Shown in pieces: positions 10,562 through 19,728 of a stretch of DNA of 64,000 nucleotides (its first letter is position 1; each line of letters starts with the position of its first letter). The notes beneath the pieces were generated by a model. That model was given only the letters and a program-made list of their open reading frames with translations, was not told the DNA's origin and did not search any database. The DNA is taken from positions 219 to 64,218 of IMG/VR virus record IMGVR_UViG_3300025138_000037; one strand, 5' to 3'. The DNA is from a virus. Taxonomy: Duplodnaviria > Caudoviricetes. Made by a program: the position numbers and the translations under genes.

Positions 10562-12118
10562 GTGGCAGAAATTTTTGGATTTGAAATCAAACGTAAACCA
10601 ACGGCTTCTAATAGTCAATCATTTACAGCACCAACAGCTGACGATGGTACACAGACTATTATGGGTGGTGGTCACTTTGGTACATACCTCGACATAGAGG
10701 GTAAAGTAAATAACGAGGCAGACTTAGTTCGCAGGTATAGAGAGGTTGCAATACAACCTGAATGTGACCAGGCGATAGAAGAAATTATCAGCGAAGCAAT
10801 TGTTGTTGATGATAATAAAGAGACGGTCAGACTTAACTTAGGTAAAGTACCGTTCTCACCTAAAATCAAAAAAAGTATAAATGAAGAATTTAATAACATC
10901 CTGTCTTTGATAGAATTTGAAAACAAAGGACATGATATTTTTAGAAGATGGTACGTTGATGGTAGAATAGTGTATCATAAAGTAATAGACCCTAAAAATG
11001 TTAAAGCAGGTATAACAGAATTACGTTACATTGACCCTCGTAAGATTAAGAAGGTCAGAGCAGCAAAACAAAAACCAGGTGCAGAAAGTTTTGCACCAAA
11101 AGACCCTAACAAACCTGGGGTTGTAGAATTTGAAGAATTTTTTATCTACAATGAAAAAGGTGTACAACCTGGCGCAAGTGCAACACAGGGTTTAAAAATT
11201 GCAAAAGACGCTATAGCATTTTGTCCTAGTGGTCTTGTTGACCAACAAAAGAATATGATATTGTCTTACTTACATAAGGCAATCAAACCAGTTAATCAAC
11301 TGAGAATGATTGAGGATAGTGTAGTCATATACCGTATTAGTAGGGCACCAGAAAGAAGAATTTTTTATATTGATGTAGGTAATTTACCAAAAGTAAAGGC
11401 TGAACAATATCTAAAAGACGTTATGAACAGATATAGAAACAAACTTGTTTATGACGCTAGCACGGGAGAGATAAGAGACGATAGACAGTATATGTCTATG
11501 CTAGAAGACTTTTGGCTACCTAGACGTGAAGGTGGGAGAGGAACAGAAATTACTACATTACCAGGTGGTTCAAACTTAGGTGAGATAGATGATATTAAAT
11601 ATTTTCAAAAGAAATTGTTTCAATCATTGAATGTTCCTTCTTCTCGTTTAGAGGCTGAAGGTAGTTTCAACATGGGTGTTGCAACAGAAATTAATAGAGA
11701 CGAATTAAAGTTTAGTAAATTTGTATATAGACTAAGAAATCGTTTTAATAATTTATTCCATGACCTGCTAAAAACACAGTTAATTCTCAAAGGTATTATT
11801 ACTATTGAGGATTGGGAAAACTCTTTGGCACGTACCATACGTTACGATTATGTGAATGATGGTTATTTTGCTGAGATAAAAGAAAGTGAAATGCTTAAAA
11901 ACCGTATGCAAATCTTTGCAGAGATGAAGAACAATGAAATGGTTGGTACATTCTTTTCACAAGATTTCGTAATGAGACATATATTAAAAATGTCAGATGG
12001 TGAAATGTTAGAACAACAAGAAAAGATTGCTGCTGAAGCAAAAGCGGCAGAACAGCAACAAGAAGATGAACCTGAACAACAGGACCAAGAAGGAGATAAT
12101 GATGACGGACAAGAATAA
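10562..12118 (+). CDS. gp20: Portal vertex protein gp20
   Basis: LSYLHKAIKPVNQLRMIEDSVVIYRISRAPERRIFYIDVGNLPK, EDFWLPRREGGRGTEI; GTG start. Confidence 0.97.
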   Translation: MAEIFGFEIKRKPTASNSQSFTAPTADDGTQTIMGGGHFGTYLDIEGKVNNEADLVRRYREVAIQPECDQAIEEIISEAIVVDDNKETVRLNLGKVPFSPKIKKSINEEFNNILSLIEFENKGHDIFRRWYVDGRIVYHKVIDPKNVKAGITELRYIDPRKIKKVRAAKQKPGAESFAPKDPNKPGVVEFEEFFIYNEKGVQPGASATQGLKIAKDAIAFCPSGLVDQQKNMILSYLHKAIKPVNQLRMIEDSVVIYRISRAPERRIFYIDVGNLPKVKAEQYLKDVMNRYRNKLVYDASTGEIRDDRQYMSMLEDFWLPRREGGRGTEITTLPGGSNLGEIDDIKYFQKKLFQSLNVPSSRLEAEGSFNMGVATEINRDELKFSKFVYRLRNRFNNLFHDLLKTQLILKGIITIEDWENSLARTIRYDYVNDGYFAEIKESEMLKNRMQIFAEMKNNEMVGTFFSQDFVMRHILKMSDGEMLEQQEKIAAEAKAAEQQQEDEPEQQDQEGDNDDGQE

Positions 12119-12317
12119 TCCTACAAGGGATATGATAGACGCTTTAGCCAATGATGATACTATTGAAGCAGAGAAAAACTTTAAGGGTGCATTGAGTGCT
12201 AAAGTAGGTACAGAGCTAGATGATAAAAGAAAAGATTTAGCAAGTACAATAATGGCAAAACCACCAGAAAGTACAAATGACGATAACGCTGAGCAATCTA
12301 CGGAAATTGACGATTGA
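12099..12317 (+). CDS. Small prohead core protein (gp67-like)
   Basis: Small acidic helical protein directly after the portal gene; RBS AGGAG at 12091. Confidence 0.6.
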   Translation: MMTDKNNPTRDMIDALANDDTIEAEKNFKGALSAKVGTELDDKRKDLASTIMAKPPESTNDDNAEQSTEIDD

Positions 12318-12528
12318 GAGAGACGAACATAAACGTTCTCCAGTCTATAAAAAACAATCACCAAAGGCCAAAAAGGCAATTGATGATGTAATGACTATGT
12401 TGGCAAAAACGCCATCAAAGGTCTTAACTACGTTCCCAAAAATAATTAAGGACGTGGCAAAAAAGTATGGCGTTAAGCCAAAAGATATTGAAACCTATTT
12501 CGCAAAAGAAACAGGTCTAACCATATAA
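12277..12528 (+). CDS. Hypothetical basic protein (possible prohead core/internal protein)
   Basis: ORF in the gp67/gp68 position. Confidence 0.5.
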   Translation: MTITLSNLRKLTIERDEHKRSPVYKKQSPKAKKAIDDVMTMLAKTPSKVLTTFPKIIKDVAKKYGVKPKDIETYFAKETGLTI

Positions 12529-12540
12529 AGGAGAGTAAAA

Positions 12541-12945
12541 ATGGCAGTAGTAAATAAAAGAACATTAGTAGATAGTGGCACACGCCATGTCGTAATGTTT
12601 GAAATCAACAATGCAACAAATGATGGAGTATCAGTTGTAGACGCTTCAACATTAAGAGGACACGTTGAAAAACCAACACTAGACATTAGAAGTATTAAAT
12701 GGAATACAACCGCAGCAACAAGTGATGTAGCATTTGAATTTGACGCTAGTACAGACGACCACGGAATATCAGTACATGGTAGTGGTGAGTTTGGTTTTCA
12801 TGGTAAACAACCAATGATAACAAATCCAGAAAGTTCTGGCGTTACTGGTGATATAGTTATCACTAACGCAAGTGCTGTTACAGGTACTTTTATTTTAGAA
12901 GTAGTAAAAACTAAAGGTTATACTAACTCAGGACAAACAAGATAA
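12541..12945 (+). CDS. Hypothetical virion-associated protein (paralog 1)
   Basis: RBS AAGGAG; beta-rich; similar to the next ORF (GVTGDIVIT vs SPTGDILFS; C-terminal ILEV). Confidence 0.6.
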   Translation: MAVVNKRTLVDSGTRHVVMFEINNATNDGVSVVDASTLRGHVEKPTLDIRSIKWNTTAATSDVAFEFDASTDDHGISVHGSGEFGFHGKQPMITNPESSGVTGDIVITNASAVTGTFILEVVKTKGYTNSGQTR

Positions 12946-13331
12946 TGGCTGATACAGTAACTTCACAAACTATAACAGATGTAGCCGGCACAAAGACCGT
13001 AATGAAATTTACGAATAAGAGTGACGGTACAGGAGAAACACTTGTAGCAAAGATGGACGCTAGTGAATTAAATCACGCTTCAACATCTACAAAGATTGCA
13101 AGAGTAATTTATAGTATTAACACAACGGATCCTAAAGGGTCCGTTGAAATACTCTTTGACGGTACAACAAATGCAACCGCATTGTTTCTTGCCGGTCAAG
13201 GTACAATAGATTTACAAACATCTGCTATACAGATATCTAACAATGCGAGCTCACCAACAGGCGACATTTTGTTTTCCACTCACAATTTTGTAAATGGAGA
13301 CAGTTATTCCGTCATTTTAGAGGTTAGATAA
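12945..13331 (+). CDS. Hypothetical virion-associated protein (paralog 2)
   Basis: MADTVTSQTI...VMKFTNKSDGTGE; translationally coupled to paralog 1. Confidence 0.6.
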   Translation: MADTVTSQTITDVAGTKTVMKFTNKSDGTGETLVAKMDASELNHASTSTKIARVIYSINTTDPKGSVEILFDGTTNATALFLAGQGTIDLQTSAIQISNNASSPTGDILFSTHNFVNGDSYSVILEVR

Positions 13332-13339
13332 TATAAATA
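13332..13339 (+). promoter_or_regulatory. T4-type late promoter TATAAATA
   Basis: Exact consensus before gp21. Confidence 0.75.
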
Positions 13340-13363
13340 GAACAAAAGGGGAAAATACGCAAC

Positions 13364-14023
13364 ATGAAACTAATTAGAGAAGAAATCAATCAGGCTGAAT
13401 ACATTATTGAAGCAGATAATAATGGTAAAAAGTCTCATAAAATTAAAGGTATCTTCATGCAGGCAAACATTAAAAACCGCAATGGTCGTGTTTACCCACA
13501 GGAAGTATTAGAAAAAGAAGTAGGCAGATATAATAGAGAATTTGTACAGAAAAAAAGAGCGTTTGGTGAGTTAGGACATCCTGACGGACCAACAGTTAAT
13601 TTAGAGAGAGTATCACATATCATAACTAAACTTGAAGGTGATAACAAAGGTAACTATATTGGTGAGGCAAAAATTACAGATACACCATATGGTAAGATTG
13701 TAAAATCTCTAATTGACGAAGGCGCACAATTAGGAGTTTCATCTAGGGGCATGGGTTCCTTGGAGAATAAAGGTGGTACGAACTATGTAAAATCAGACTT
13801 TTACTTAGCAACTGCTGCTGATATTGTTGCAGACCCTTCAGCACCTCAAGCATTCGTCAATGGCGTAATGGAAGGTAAAGAATGGGTATGGGACAATGGT
13901 ATTATCAAGGAACAAGATGTTTCTGAAATACAAGACCAACTAAACCGTGCTAGGCGTGATGAGATTGCCAAAGCGCAAACTACTGCTTTTAATAATTTCA
14001 TGCAGAAATTAACAAAACAATAA
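13364..14023 (+). CDS. gp21: Prohead protease gp21
   Basis: NRNGRVYP, GELGHPDGPTVNL, LGVSSRGMGSL, DIVADPSAP. Confidence 0.96.
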   Translation: MKLIREEINQAEYIIEADNNGKKSHKIKGIFMQANIKNRNGRVYPQEVLEKEVGRYNREFVQKKRAFGELGHPDGPTVNLERVSHIITKLEGDNKGNYIGEAKITDTPYGKIVKSLIDEGAQLGVSSRGMGSLENKGGTNYVKSDFYLATAADIVADPSAPQAFVNGVMEGKEWVWDNGIIKEQDVSEIQDQLNRARRDEIAKAQTTAFNNFMQKLTKQ

Positions 14024-14072
14024 ATAGTAGTACGCAATTTAAAATATTTTAAAATACGGAGAGATATTAAAA

Positions 14073-15359
14073 ATGTCAGAAGAATTAAACAACGAAACAG
14101 AAATCGTTTCTGAAGCTCCTAAGGGACAAGACGCACCAAAAGCAGGTGCGACTAAAGGTGATTCCATGGTAAAAGGCGGTGATTACGAAGACGGAGGACC
14201 TGCAGTAGTAAGTCCAGACGCAAAATCTTCACCAACTGACCACGCTAAGAAAGTGAAAAAGGATTCATCTGCTCCTACGAAAGGTGCCGGTTCTCCGGAC
14301 TCTGCTGAAAAAATGAAAAAAGAAGACGCAGATATGGACGACGCTGATGAAAAAGAAGACGATAAAGAAGATGAAAAAGATATGGAAGAAGCAATGCCTA
14401 AAACTAAATCAGGCATGATTCAAGCAATGTATGACAACATGAATAAAATGAAAAAGTCAGACATAGCTGCTTCTTACAAAAAAGTCATGGCTGCGATGAA
14501 AGGCATGGACGAAGAAGACGAAGACGAAGACGAAGATAAAAAAGAAAAAGAAATGGCATCTGCCTCTGAGAAAAAAGAAGCAGTAGAAAAAAGAGTAAAA
14601 TCTATTGATGTATCAAATGATGTTAACGCTCTTGTTTCTGGCGATGATAGTTTATCTGAGGACTTTAAAACTAAAGCTGCAACAATCTTTGAAGCGGCAG
14701 TTAAATCAAAAGTAAAATCTGAAATTGAAAGATTAGAAGATGAATACTCAAATGAAATAACTGAAGCGAAAGAAAGTGTTAAAGAAGATTTAACTAATAA
14801 AGTTGATAACTACTTAAACTATGTTGTGGAAGAGTGGATGAAAGAAAACGAATTAGCAATTGAAAAAGGTATCAAAGGCGAAATTGCGGAAGATTTCATT
14901 GGCGGTCTAAAACAATTATTTGAAGACCATTACATTGACGTACCAGATGAAAAATATGATGTCCTAGAGGCAAAAGAAAAAGAACTGGATGAAGCGAAAG
15001 CTAAAATCAATGAAATGACGGCTTCAATGATTGAAAAGTCTCAACAAATCGCAGAGTTTACTAAAGAAGAAATTTTAGAAGACATTACATCTGGTCTTGC
15101 AGACACAGAAGTAGAAAAACTAAAATCTTTAGTAGAAGATATAAGTTACGAAGGTGCTGATGAGTACAAGAAAAAATTAGAAACTATTAAAGAATCTTAT
15201 TTTGGTGCATCAAAAGCAGCTCCGGAATCAACTGAAAACGTTGATACAATTAACAACACTAGTAATGACAGCACAGTAGCGGATATGTCTGATAGCATGT
15301 CTCGTTATACGGATGCAATTAGTAGGGTAAAAGGTAGAGATATCTACAATAACCAATAA
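14073..15359 (+). CDS. gp22: Prohead core scaffold protein gp22
   Basis: LSEDFKTKAATIFEAAV, VDNYLNYVVEEWMKENELAI; acidic coiled coil. Confidence 0.93.
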   Translation: MSEELNNETEIVSEAPKGQDAPKAGATKGDSMVKGGDYEDGGPAVVSPDAKSSPTDHAKKVKKDSSAPTKGAGSPDSAEKMKKEDADMDDADEKEDDKEDEKDMEEAMPKTKSGMIQAMYDNMNKMKKSDIAASYKKVMAAMKGMDEEDEDEDEDKKEKEMASASEKKEAVEKRVKSIDVSNDVNALVSGDDSLSEDFKTKAATIFEAAVKSKVKSEIERLEDEYSNEITEAKESVKEDLTNKVDNYLNYVVEEWMKENELAIEKGIKGEIAEDFIGGLKQLFEDHYIDVPDEKYDVLEAKEKELDEAKAKINEMTASMIEKSQQIAEFTKEEILEDITSGLADTEVEKLKSLVEDISYEGADEYKKKLETIKESYFGASKAAPESTENVDTINNTSNDSTVADMSDSMSRYTDAISRVKGRDIYNNQ

Positions 15360-15381
15360 TTAAGAAAAGGATAGAATTAAA

Positions 15382-16644
15382 ATGTATAATTCAGAAAACT
15401 TACAGGAAAAGTGGTCTCCGGTTCTTGAGCATGCGGATCTACCAAAAATAGATAACCCATACAAAAGAGCGGTAACTGCTGTTATCCTAGAAAACCAAGA
15501 AAAAGCGGCGAGAGAAGACAAAGCTTTCTTAGGTGAGATTGCGAATGTAACTGGTTCAGCGATAGCTAACTGGGACCCAATCCTAATTTCACTTGTAAGA
15601 AGAGCAATGCCAAATCTTATTGCTTACGACATCTGTGGCGTTCAACCAATGACAGGACCAACTGGTCTTATCTTTGCAATGAAGTCCAGATTTACTTCAA
15701 ACTCAGGTACAGAAGCACTATTTAACGAAGCAGATTCAGATTTCTCTGGAACTGGAACTCAAAGTGGTACTCTAAATCCAGGGTTGATGAACGATACTAC
15801 AACTTCCGTTACTGCTGGTACTGGTATTGCAACTGCTACGGCAGAAGCATCATCATCTTTTGCAGAAATGGCGTTCAGTATTGAGAAATCAACTGTAACA
15901 GCTAAAACTAGACAGTTAAAAGCTGAGTACACAATGGAACTTGCACAAGACCTTAAAGCAATTCACGGCTTAGACGCTGAAACTGAATTAGCTAACATCT
16001 TGTCTGCTGAGATTCTTGCTGAGATTAACCGTGAAGTAGTAAGAACTATTTACGAAAAAGCAAAAAAAGGTGCAGGTGTTAATACAACAACTGCTGGAAC
16101 TTTCGACCTTGATACTGATTCAAATGGTAGATGGTCTGTTGAGAAATTCAAAGGACTAATGTTCCAAGTTGAAAGAGACGCTAACGTAATCGCACAAGAA
16201 ACAAGAAGAGGAAAAGGTAACATTGTTATCTGTTCATCTGACGTAGCAAGTGCTTTACAAATGGCAGGTATCTTAGATTACACTCCTGCTTTAAACAACA
16301 GTCTAAACGTAGATGATACTGGTAATACTTTTGCTGGAACATTAAACGGTAGATACAAAGTATATATTGATCCATATGCAAGTAACAATACTGCTGCTCA
16401 ATACTATACTGTTGGATATAAAGGAACTTCACCTTACGATGCTGGTATGTTCTATTGCCCATACGTTCCACTACAAATGGTGAGAGCGGTTGGTGAGAAC
16501 ACATTCCAACCAAAAATTGGTTTCAAAACTAGATATGGTCTAATTAGAAACCCATTTGCGGAATCAAGTGCTCAAACTACTGACACTGGAAGTGACCAAT
16601 CAAACATTTACTACAGAATGGTAAAAGTTACAAACTTAATGTAG
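15382..16644 (+). CDS. gp23: Major capsid protein gp23
   Basis: LVRRAMPNLIAYDICGVQPMTGPTGLIFAM, ELAQDLKAIHGLDAE, FYCPYVPL, FQPKIGFKTRYG. Confidence 0.98.
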   Translation: MYNSENLQEKWSPVLEHADLPKIDNPYKRAVTAVILENQEKAAREDKAFLGEIANVTGSAIANWDPILISLVRRAMPNLIAYDICGVQPMTGPTGLIFAMKSRFTSNSGTEALFNEADSDFSGTGTQSGTLNPGLMNDTTTSVTAGTGIATATAEASSSFAEMAFSIEKSTVTAKTRQLKAEYTMELAQDLKAIHGLDAETELANILSAEILAEINREVVRTIYEKAKKGAGVNTTTAGTFDLDTDSNGRWSVEKFKGLMFQVERDANVIAQETRRGKGNIVICSSDVASALQMAGILDYTPALNNSLNVDDTGNTFAGTLNGRYKVYIDPYASNNTAAQYYTVGYKGTSPYDAGMFYCPYVPLQMVRAVGENTFQPKIGFKTRYGLIRNPFAESSAQTTDTGSDQSNIYYRMVKVTNLM

Positions 16645-16667
16645 GATTCATTTCCTCCAATGAAATC

Positions 16668-16694
16668 AAAGGGCGCTCAGGCGCCCTTTTTTTT
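16668..16694 (+). terminator. Rho-independent terminator after gp23
   Basis: AAAGGGCGC-TCAG-GCGCCC followed by T8. Confidence 0.88.
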
Positions 16695-16769
16695 GGTCTC
16701 CTGTTCTTATACATAGTATAGTCATCAACTTAAACAACTAGCAGGTGAGGCTAGAGATATGGAGAATAT

Positions 16770-17834
16770 ATGTTTAAAAAACTGACTTCATTCCTGATTG
16801 TAGTATCAGGCATGATTTTATTATCTACAACTACACAAGCAAAAGACCCTAAAATTGGTTTCATCTACATTGGTCCTCCAGGCGACCACGGCTGGACTTA
16901 TATGCACGACCAAGGTAGACAAGACATTGAAATTGAATTAGGTTTTGAAACCACATACATTGAAAACGTACCAGAAAACGCTGATGCTACTAGAGCAATA
17001 CAAAAATTAGCAGCTTCTGGACACGATTTAATCTTTACAACATCTTTCAATTACATGGATCAAACTTTAGAAGTGGCAGAACAATACCCAGATATAAAGT
17101 TTGAACATGCAACTGGTTACAAAAGACTAGACAATGTTTCAACATATTCATCAAGGTTCTATGAAGGTAGAACTATTAGTGGACATATTGCCGCTAAAGA
17201 AAGTAAGACAGGCATTATAGGTTATATTGCCAGTTTTCCAATACCTGAAGTTGTAAGAGGTATTAACGCTTTCATGTTGGCTGCACAAAAGGTAAATCCA
17301 GATATTCAAATTAAGATTATATGGGCATACACTTGGTACGACCCGGCAAAAGAAGGTGATAGTGCAAAAACTTTAATCAATCAAGGTGCAGATATTATAG
17401 TACAACATACTGATACATATGCACCATGTAGAGTGGCACAGGAGATGGGTGTGAAAGCATTTGGTCAAGCAAGTGACCAATATAAGTTTTGTCCAGAGGC
17501 ACATCTAACCGCAATCATTGATGAGTGGGGACCCTACTATGTTGCAAGAGCGAAAGCATTAGCAGATGGTACATGGGAATCTACTGATACATGGAAAGGT
17601 TTAGATAGTGGCATGGTACAAATGGCAAAATACACCAATATGCATCCAAATACAAAGTATGAGGCGATTGCCATAGAGAATGCTTTGAGTGAAGGTAAAA
17701 TGCATTCCTTTGAAGGACCTATTTACAATCAGGCAGGCGAACTAATGGTACCAGAAGGTGAAGTTGCACCTGACGGTATGTTACTAGGCATGAACTGGTA
17801 CGTAAAAGGTATAGACGGACAACTACCACAATAA
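16770..17834 (+). CDS. BMP-family ABC transporter substrate-binding protein (purine nucleoside-binding type)
   Basis: Signal peptide; GFIYIGPPGDHGWTYMHDQGR, IFTTSFNY, FEHATGYK, PIPEVVRGINAF, QGADIIVQHTD. Confidence 0.92.
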   Translation: MFKKLTSFLIVVSGMILLSTTTQAKDPKIGFIYIGPPGDHGWTYMHDQGRQDIEIELGFETTYIENVPENADATRAIQKLAASGHDLIFTTSFNYMDQTLEVAEQYPDIKFEHATGYKRLDNVSTYSSRFYEGRTISGHIAAKESKTGIIGYIASFPIPEVVRGINAFMLAAQKVNPDIQIKIIWAYTWYDPAKEGDSAKTLINQGADIIVQHTDTYAPCRVAQEMGVKAFGQASDQYKFCPEAHLTAIIDEWGPYYVARAKALADGTWESTDTWKGLDSGMVQMAKYTNMHPNTKYEAIAIENALSEGKMHSFEGPIYNQAGELMVPEGEVAPDGMLLGMNWYVKGIDGQLPQ

Positions 17835-17841
17835 TTAACAA

Positions 17842-17869
17842 AAGGCGCCTTCACGGCGCCTTATAAATA
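17842..17869 (+). terminator. Hairpin AAGGCGCC-TTCAC-GGCGCCTT fused to late promoter TATAAATA (17862-17869)
   Basis: 8-bp stem closing the BMP gene, immediately followed by an exact late-promoter consensus for gp3. Confidence 0.65.
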
Positions 17870-17874
17870 GTAGT

Positions 17875-18450
17875 ATGACAGATTTAAGTTTATCAGAAAA
17901 ACAACCTACTACTTTAGATTACGCTGACCCTACGAAATTTAAGTTTCAGATAATCAAATTACCTACTGTAGAGTACAATACCACAGCGGCAAACGTGCCT
18001 GGTATTACATTAACAGAAATGACCCAACCTACAAGACTACAGCAATTAAAGATTGCAGGTAATGATATAAGCTTTGATGATTTAACAGTTACATTTATTG
18101 TAGATGATGAACTCATTAATTATAGAAAAGTACATGACTGGATGGTAGGTCTAGGTCAAGTAGATAGTGATAACAAGTTTAGAGATATATTAACAGAAGG
18201 AAAAGATAGATTTCCTTTATCTCAATTACATGCAACAAAAGGTAGCACACCTGATGGTGCAGTATATTCAGACGCTAAACTTATACATTTGTCAAACAGA
18301 AACGTACCTAAAGTAGAGGTAAGTTTTGTAGATTGTTACCCTAAATCATTAAGTGCTTTAGACTACAATCAAGGTGCAACTGATACAGAATACTTACAAG
18401 CGACAGTAACCTTTGGTTACAAGTATCACAGTTTCACTACGCCTTTTTAA
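17875..18450 (+). CDS. gp3: Tail completion / tube terminator gp3
   Basis: PTKFKF.I.KLP.VEY....NVPGI, L.VTFIVDDEL.NY; position before uvsY. Confidence 0.88.
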   Translation: MTDLSLSEKQPTTLDYADPTKFKFQIIKLPTVEYNTTAANVPGITLTEMTQPTRLQQLKIAGNDISFDDLTVTFIVDDELINYRKVHDWMVGLGQVDSDNKFRDILTEGKDRFPLSQLHATKGSTPDGAVYSDAKLIHLSNRNVPKVEVSFVDCYPKSLSALDYNQGATDTEYLQATVTFGYKYHSFTTPF

Positions 18451-18478
18451 GACGTATATATATTATTAGGATTAAATT

Positions 18479-18907
18479 ATGAACTTAGACGAACTACAGC
18501 AGGCTGCTGAAAAAGATTTGAAGATTGACGATACTGAACTTGACATAGAAAGTTTAAATACACCAATCATACACGCCAAGTACCTCAAACATTACTCTAC
18601 CTATAGTCTCATGCTGACAAAAGCACAGAGTGAATATTCTTCTTTGTATAAAAGAAAGTGGGTATTCTATACAGGTAAAGCAGACCCAGAGGAATATAAA
18701 GAGAAAAACTTTGAACTTAAAGTATTACGACAAGACGTAGGCACTTTTATAGAAGCAGACGAAGAAATTGTTAAACAACAACAAAAAGTTTCTTATTTAA
18801 AAATTGTATGCCATTATTTAGAGAACACATTGAAACAAGTCAACAACAGAGGTTTTCAAATAAAGAACGCCATTGACTGGAAAAGATTTACGGAAGGAAG
18901 TATGTAA
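18479..18907 (+). CDS. uvsY: Recombination mediator UvsY
   Basis: DLKID..ELD.ESL..P.IHAKY; RGFQIKNAIDWKRF. Confidence 0.92.
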   Translation: MNLDELQQAAEKDLKIDDTELDIESLNTPIIHAKYLKHYSTYSLMLTKAQSEYSSLYKRKWVFYTGKADPEEYKEKNFELKVLRQDVGTFIEADEEIVKQQQKVSYLKIVCHYLENTLKQVNNRGFQIKNAIDWKRFTEGSM

Positions 18908-19728
18908 TGATATTTTGTATAGGTAACGGCGAAAGCAGAAAGAACTTTGATTTAGAAACACTACGACCATACGGTAAGATATATGGTTGTAACGGACTGT
19001 ATAGAGATTTTACACCTGACATATTACTGGCAATGGACTATAACATATGCCACGAAATATATCGTAGTGGTTATGCCTTTGACCATCCTGTTTATTTAAA
19101 AACATGGCAAAAGAATCCACATTCCATGTATGAAAAACTATTTCATCCTGAAACCGCGGCAAAATTTATTGGTCAAAACATAGACCCATATGAATATACT
19201 GATGAGTGGGCATGGCGTGGCGAGAAGAAAAGATTTTTTGTTTGTTGGGCAAACAATAGAGACTTAATGAAAAAAATGAGAGAAGAACGAAAAGACTGGA
19301 ACGAAGATGATTTTAAGTTATATCTCAGCGAAGACCAAGAAGGTTATCTCATTACATGGACAAAGAAAAAAGATAAAGTAATGGGTTTAGGTAAGTATGC
19401 GGTGGAGAAAACAAATGCAGGTATATTAATTGCACAGATGGCAGCAGATAAAGATAAACTCATTTATCTACTAGGTTATGATTATCACTCTAAAGACAAA
19501 ACAGTAAACAATATGTACAAGGGTACAAAAGGTTATGTAGGTACAAATGCAAAAGCAATAGTACCAGATAACTGGATAATGCACACAAAGAGATTACTTA
19601 ATCACTATGACAAAGACCACAAATTTGTCCATGTTGGTGATCCTATAGAAGAATTAGCAGACAAAAAGAACTGGGAAAATATCTCTTACGAAGAACTTAA
19701 TGAGCGAATTAGCCGTAACGAAATTTAA
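18907..19728 (+). CDS. Hypothetical protein, Rossmann-like N-terminus (MptE/DUF115/glycosyltransferase-like)
   Basis: IGNGESRK, IYGCNGLYRDFTPDILLAMD, IYLLGYD. Confidence 0.55.
   Translation: MIFCIGNGESRKNFDLETLRPYGKIYGCNGLYRDFTPDILLAMDYNICHEIYRSGYAFDHPVYLKTWQKNPHSMYEKLFHPETAAKFIGQNIDPYEYTDEWAWRGEKKRFFVCWANNRDLMKKMREERKDWNEDDFKLYLSEDQEGYLITWTKKKDKVMGLGKYAVEKTNAGILIAQMAADKDKLIYLLGYDYHSKDKTVNNMYKGTKGYVGTNAKAIVPDNWIMHTKRLLNHYDKDHKFVHVGDPIEELADKKNWENISYEELNERISRNEI

Noticed and set aside
14508-14540. GACGAA tandem repeat
   Set aside because: Encodes the Asp/Glu tract of the gp22 scaffold; not a CRISPR or regulatory repeat
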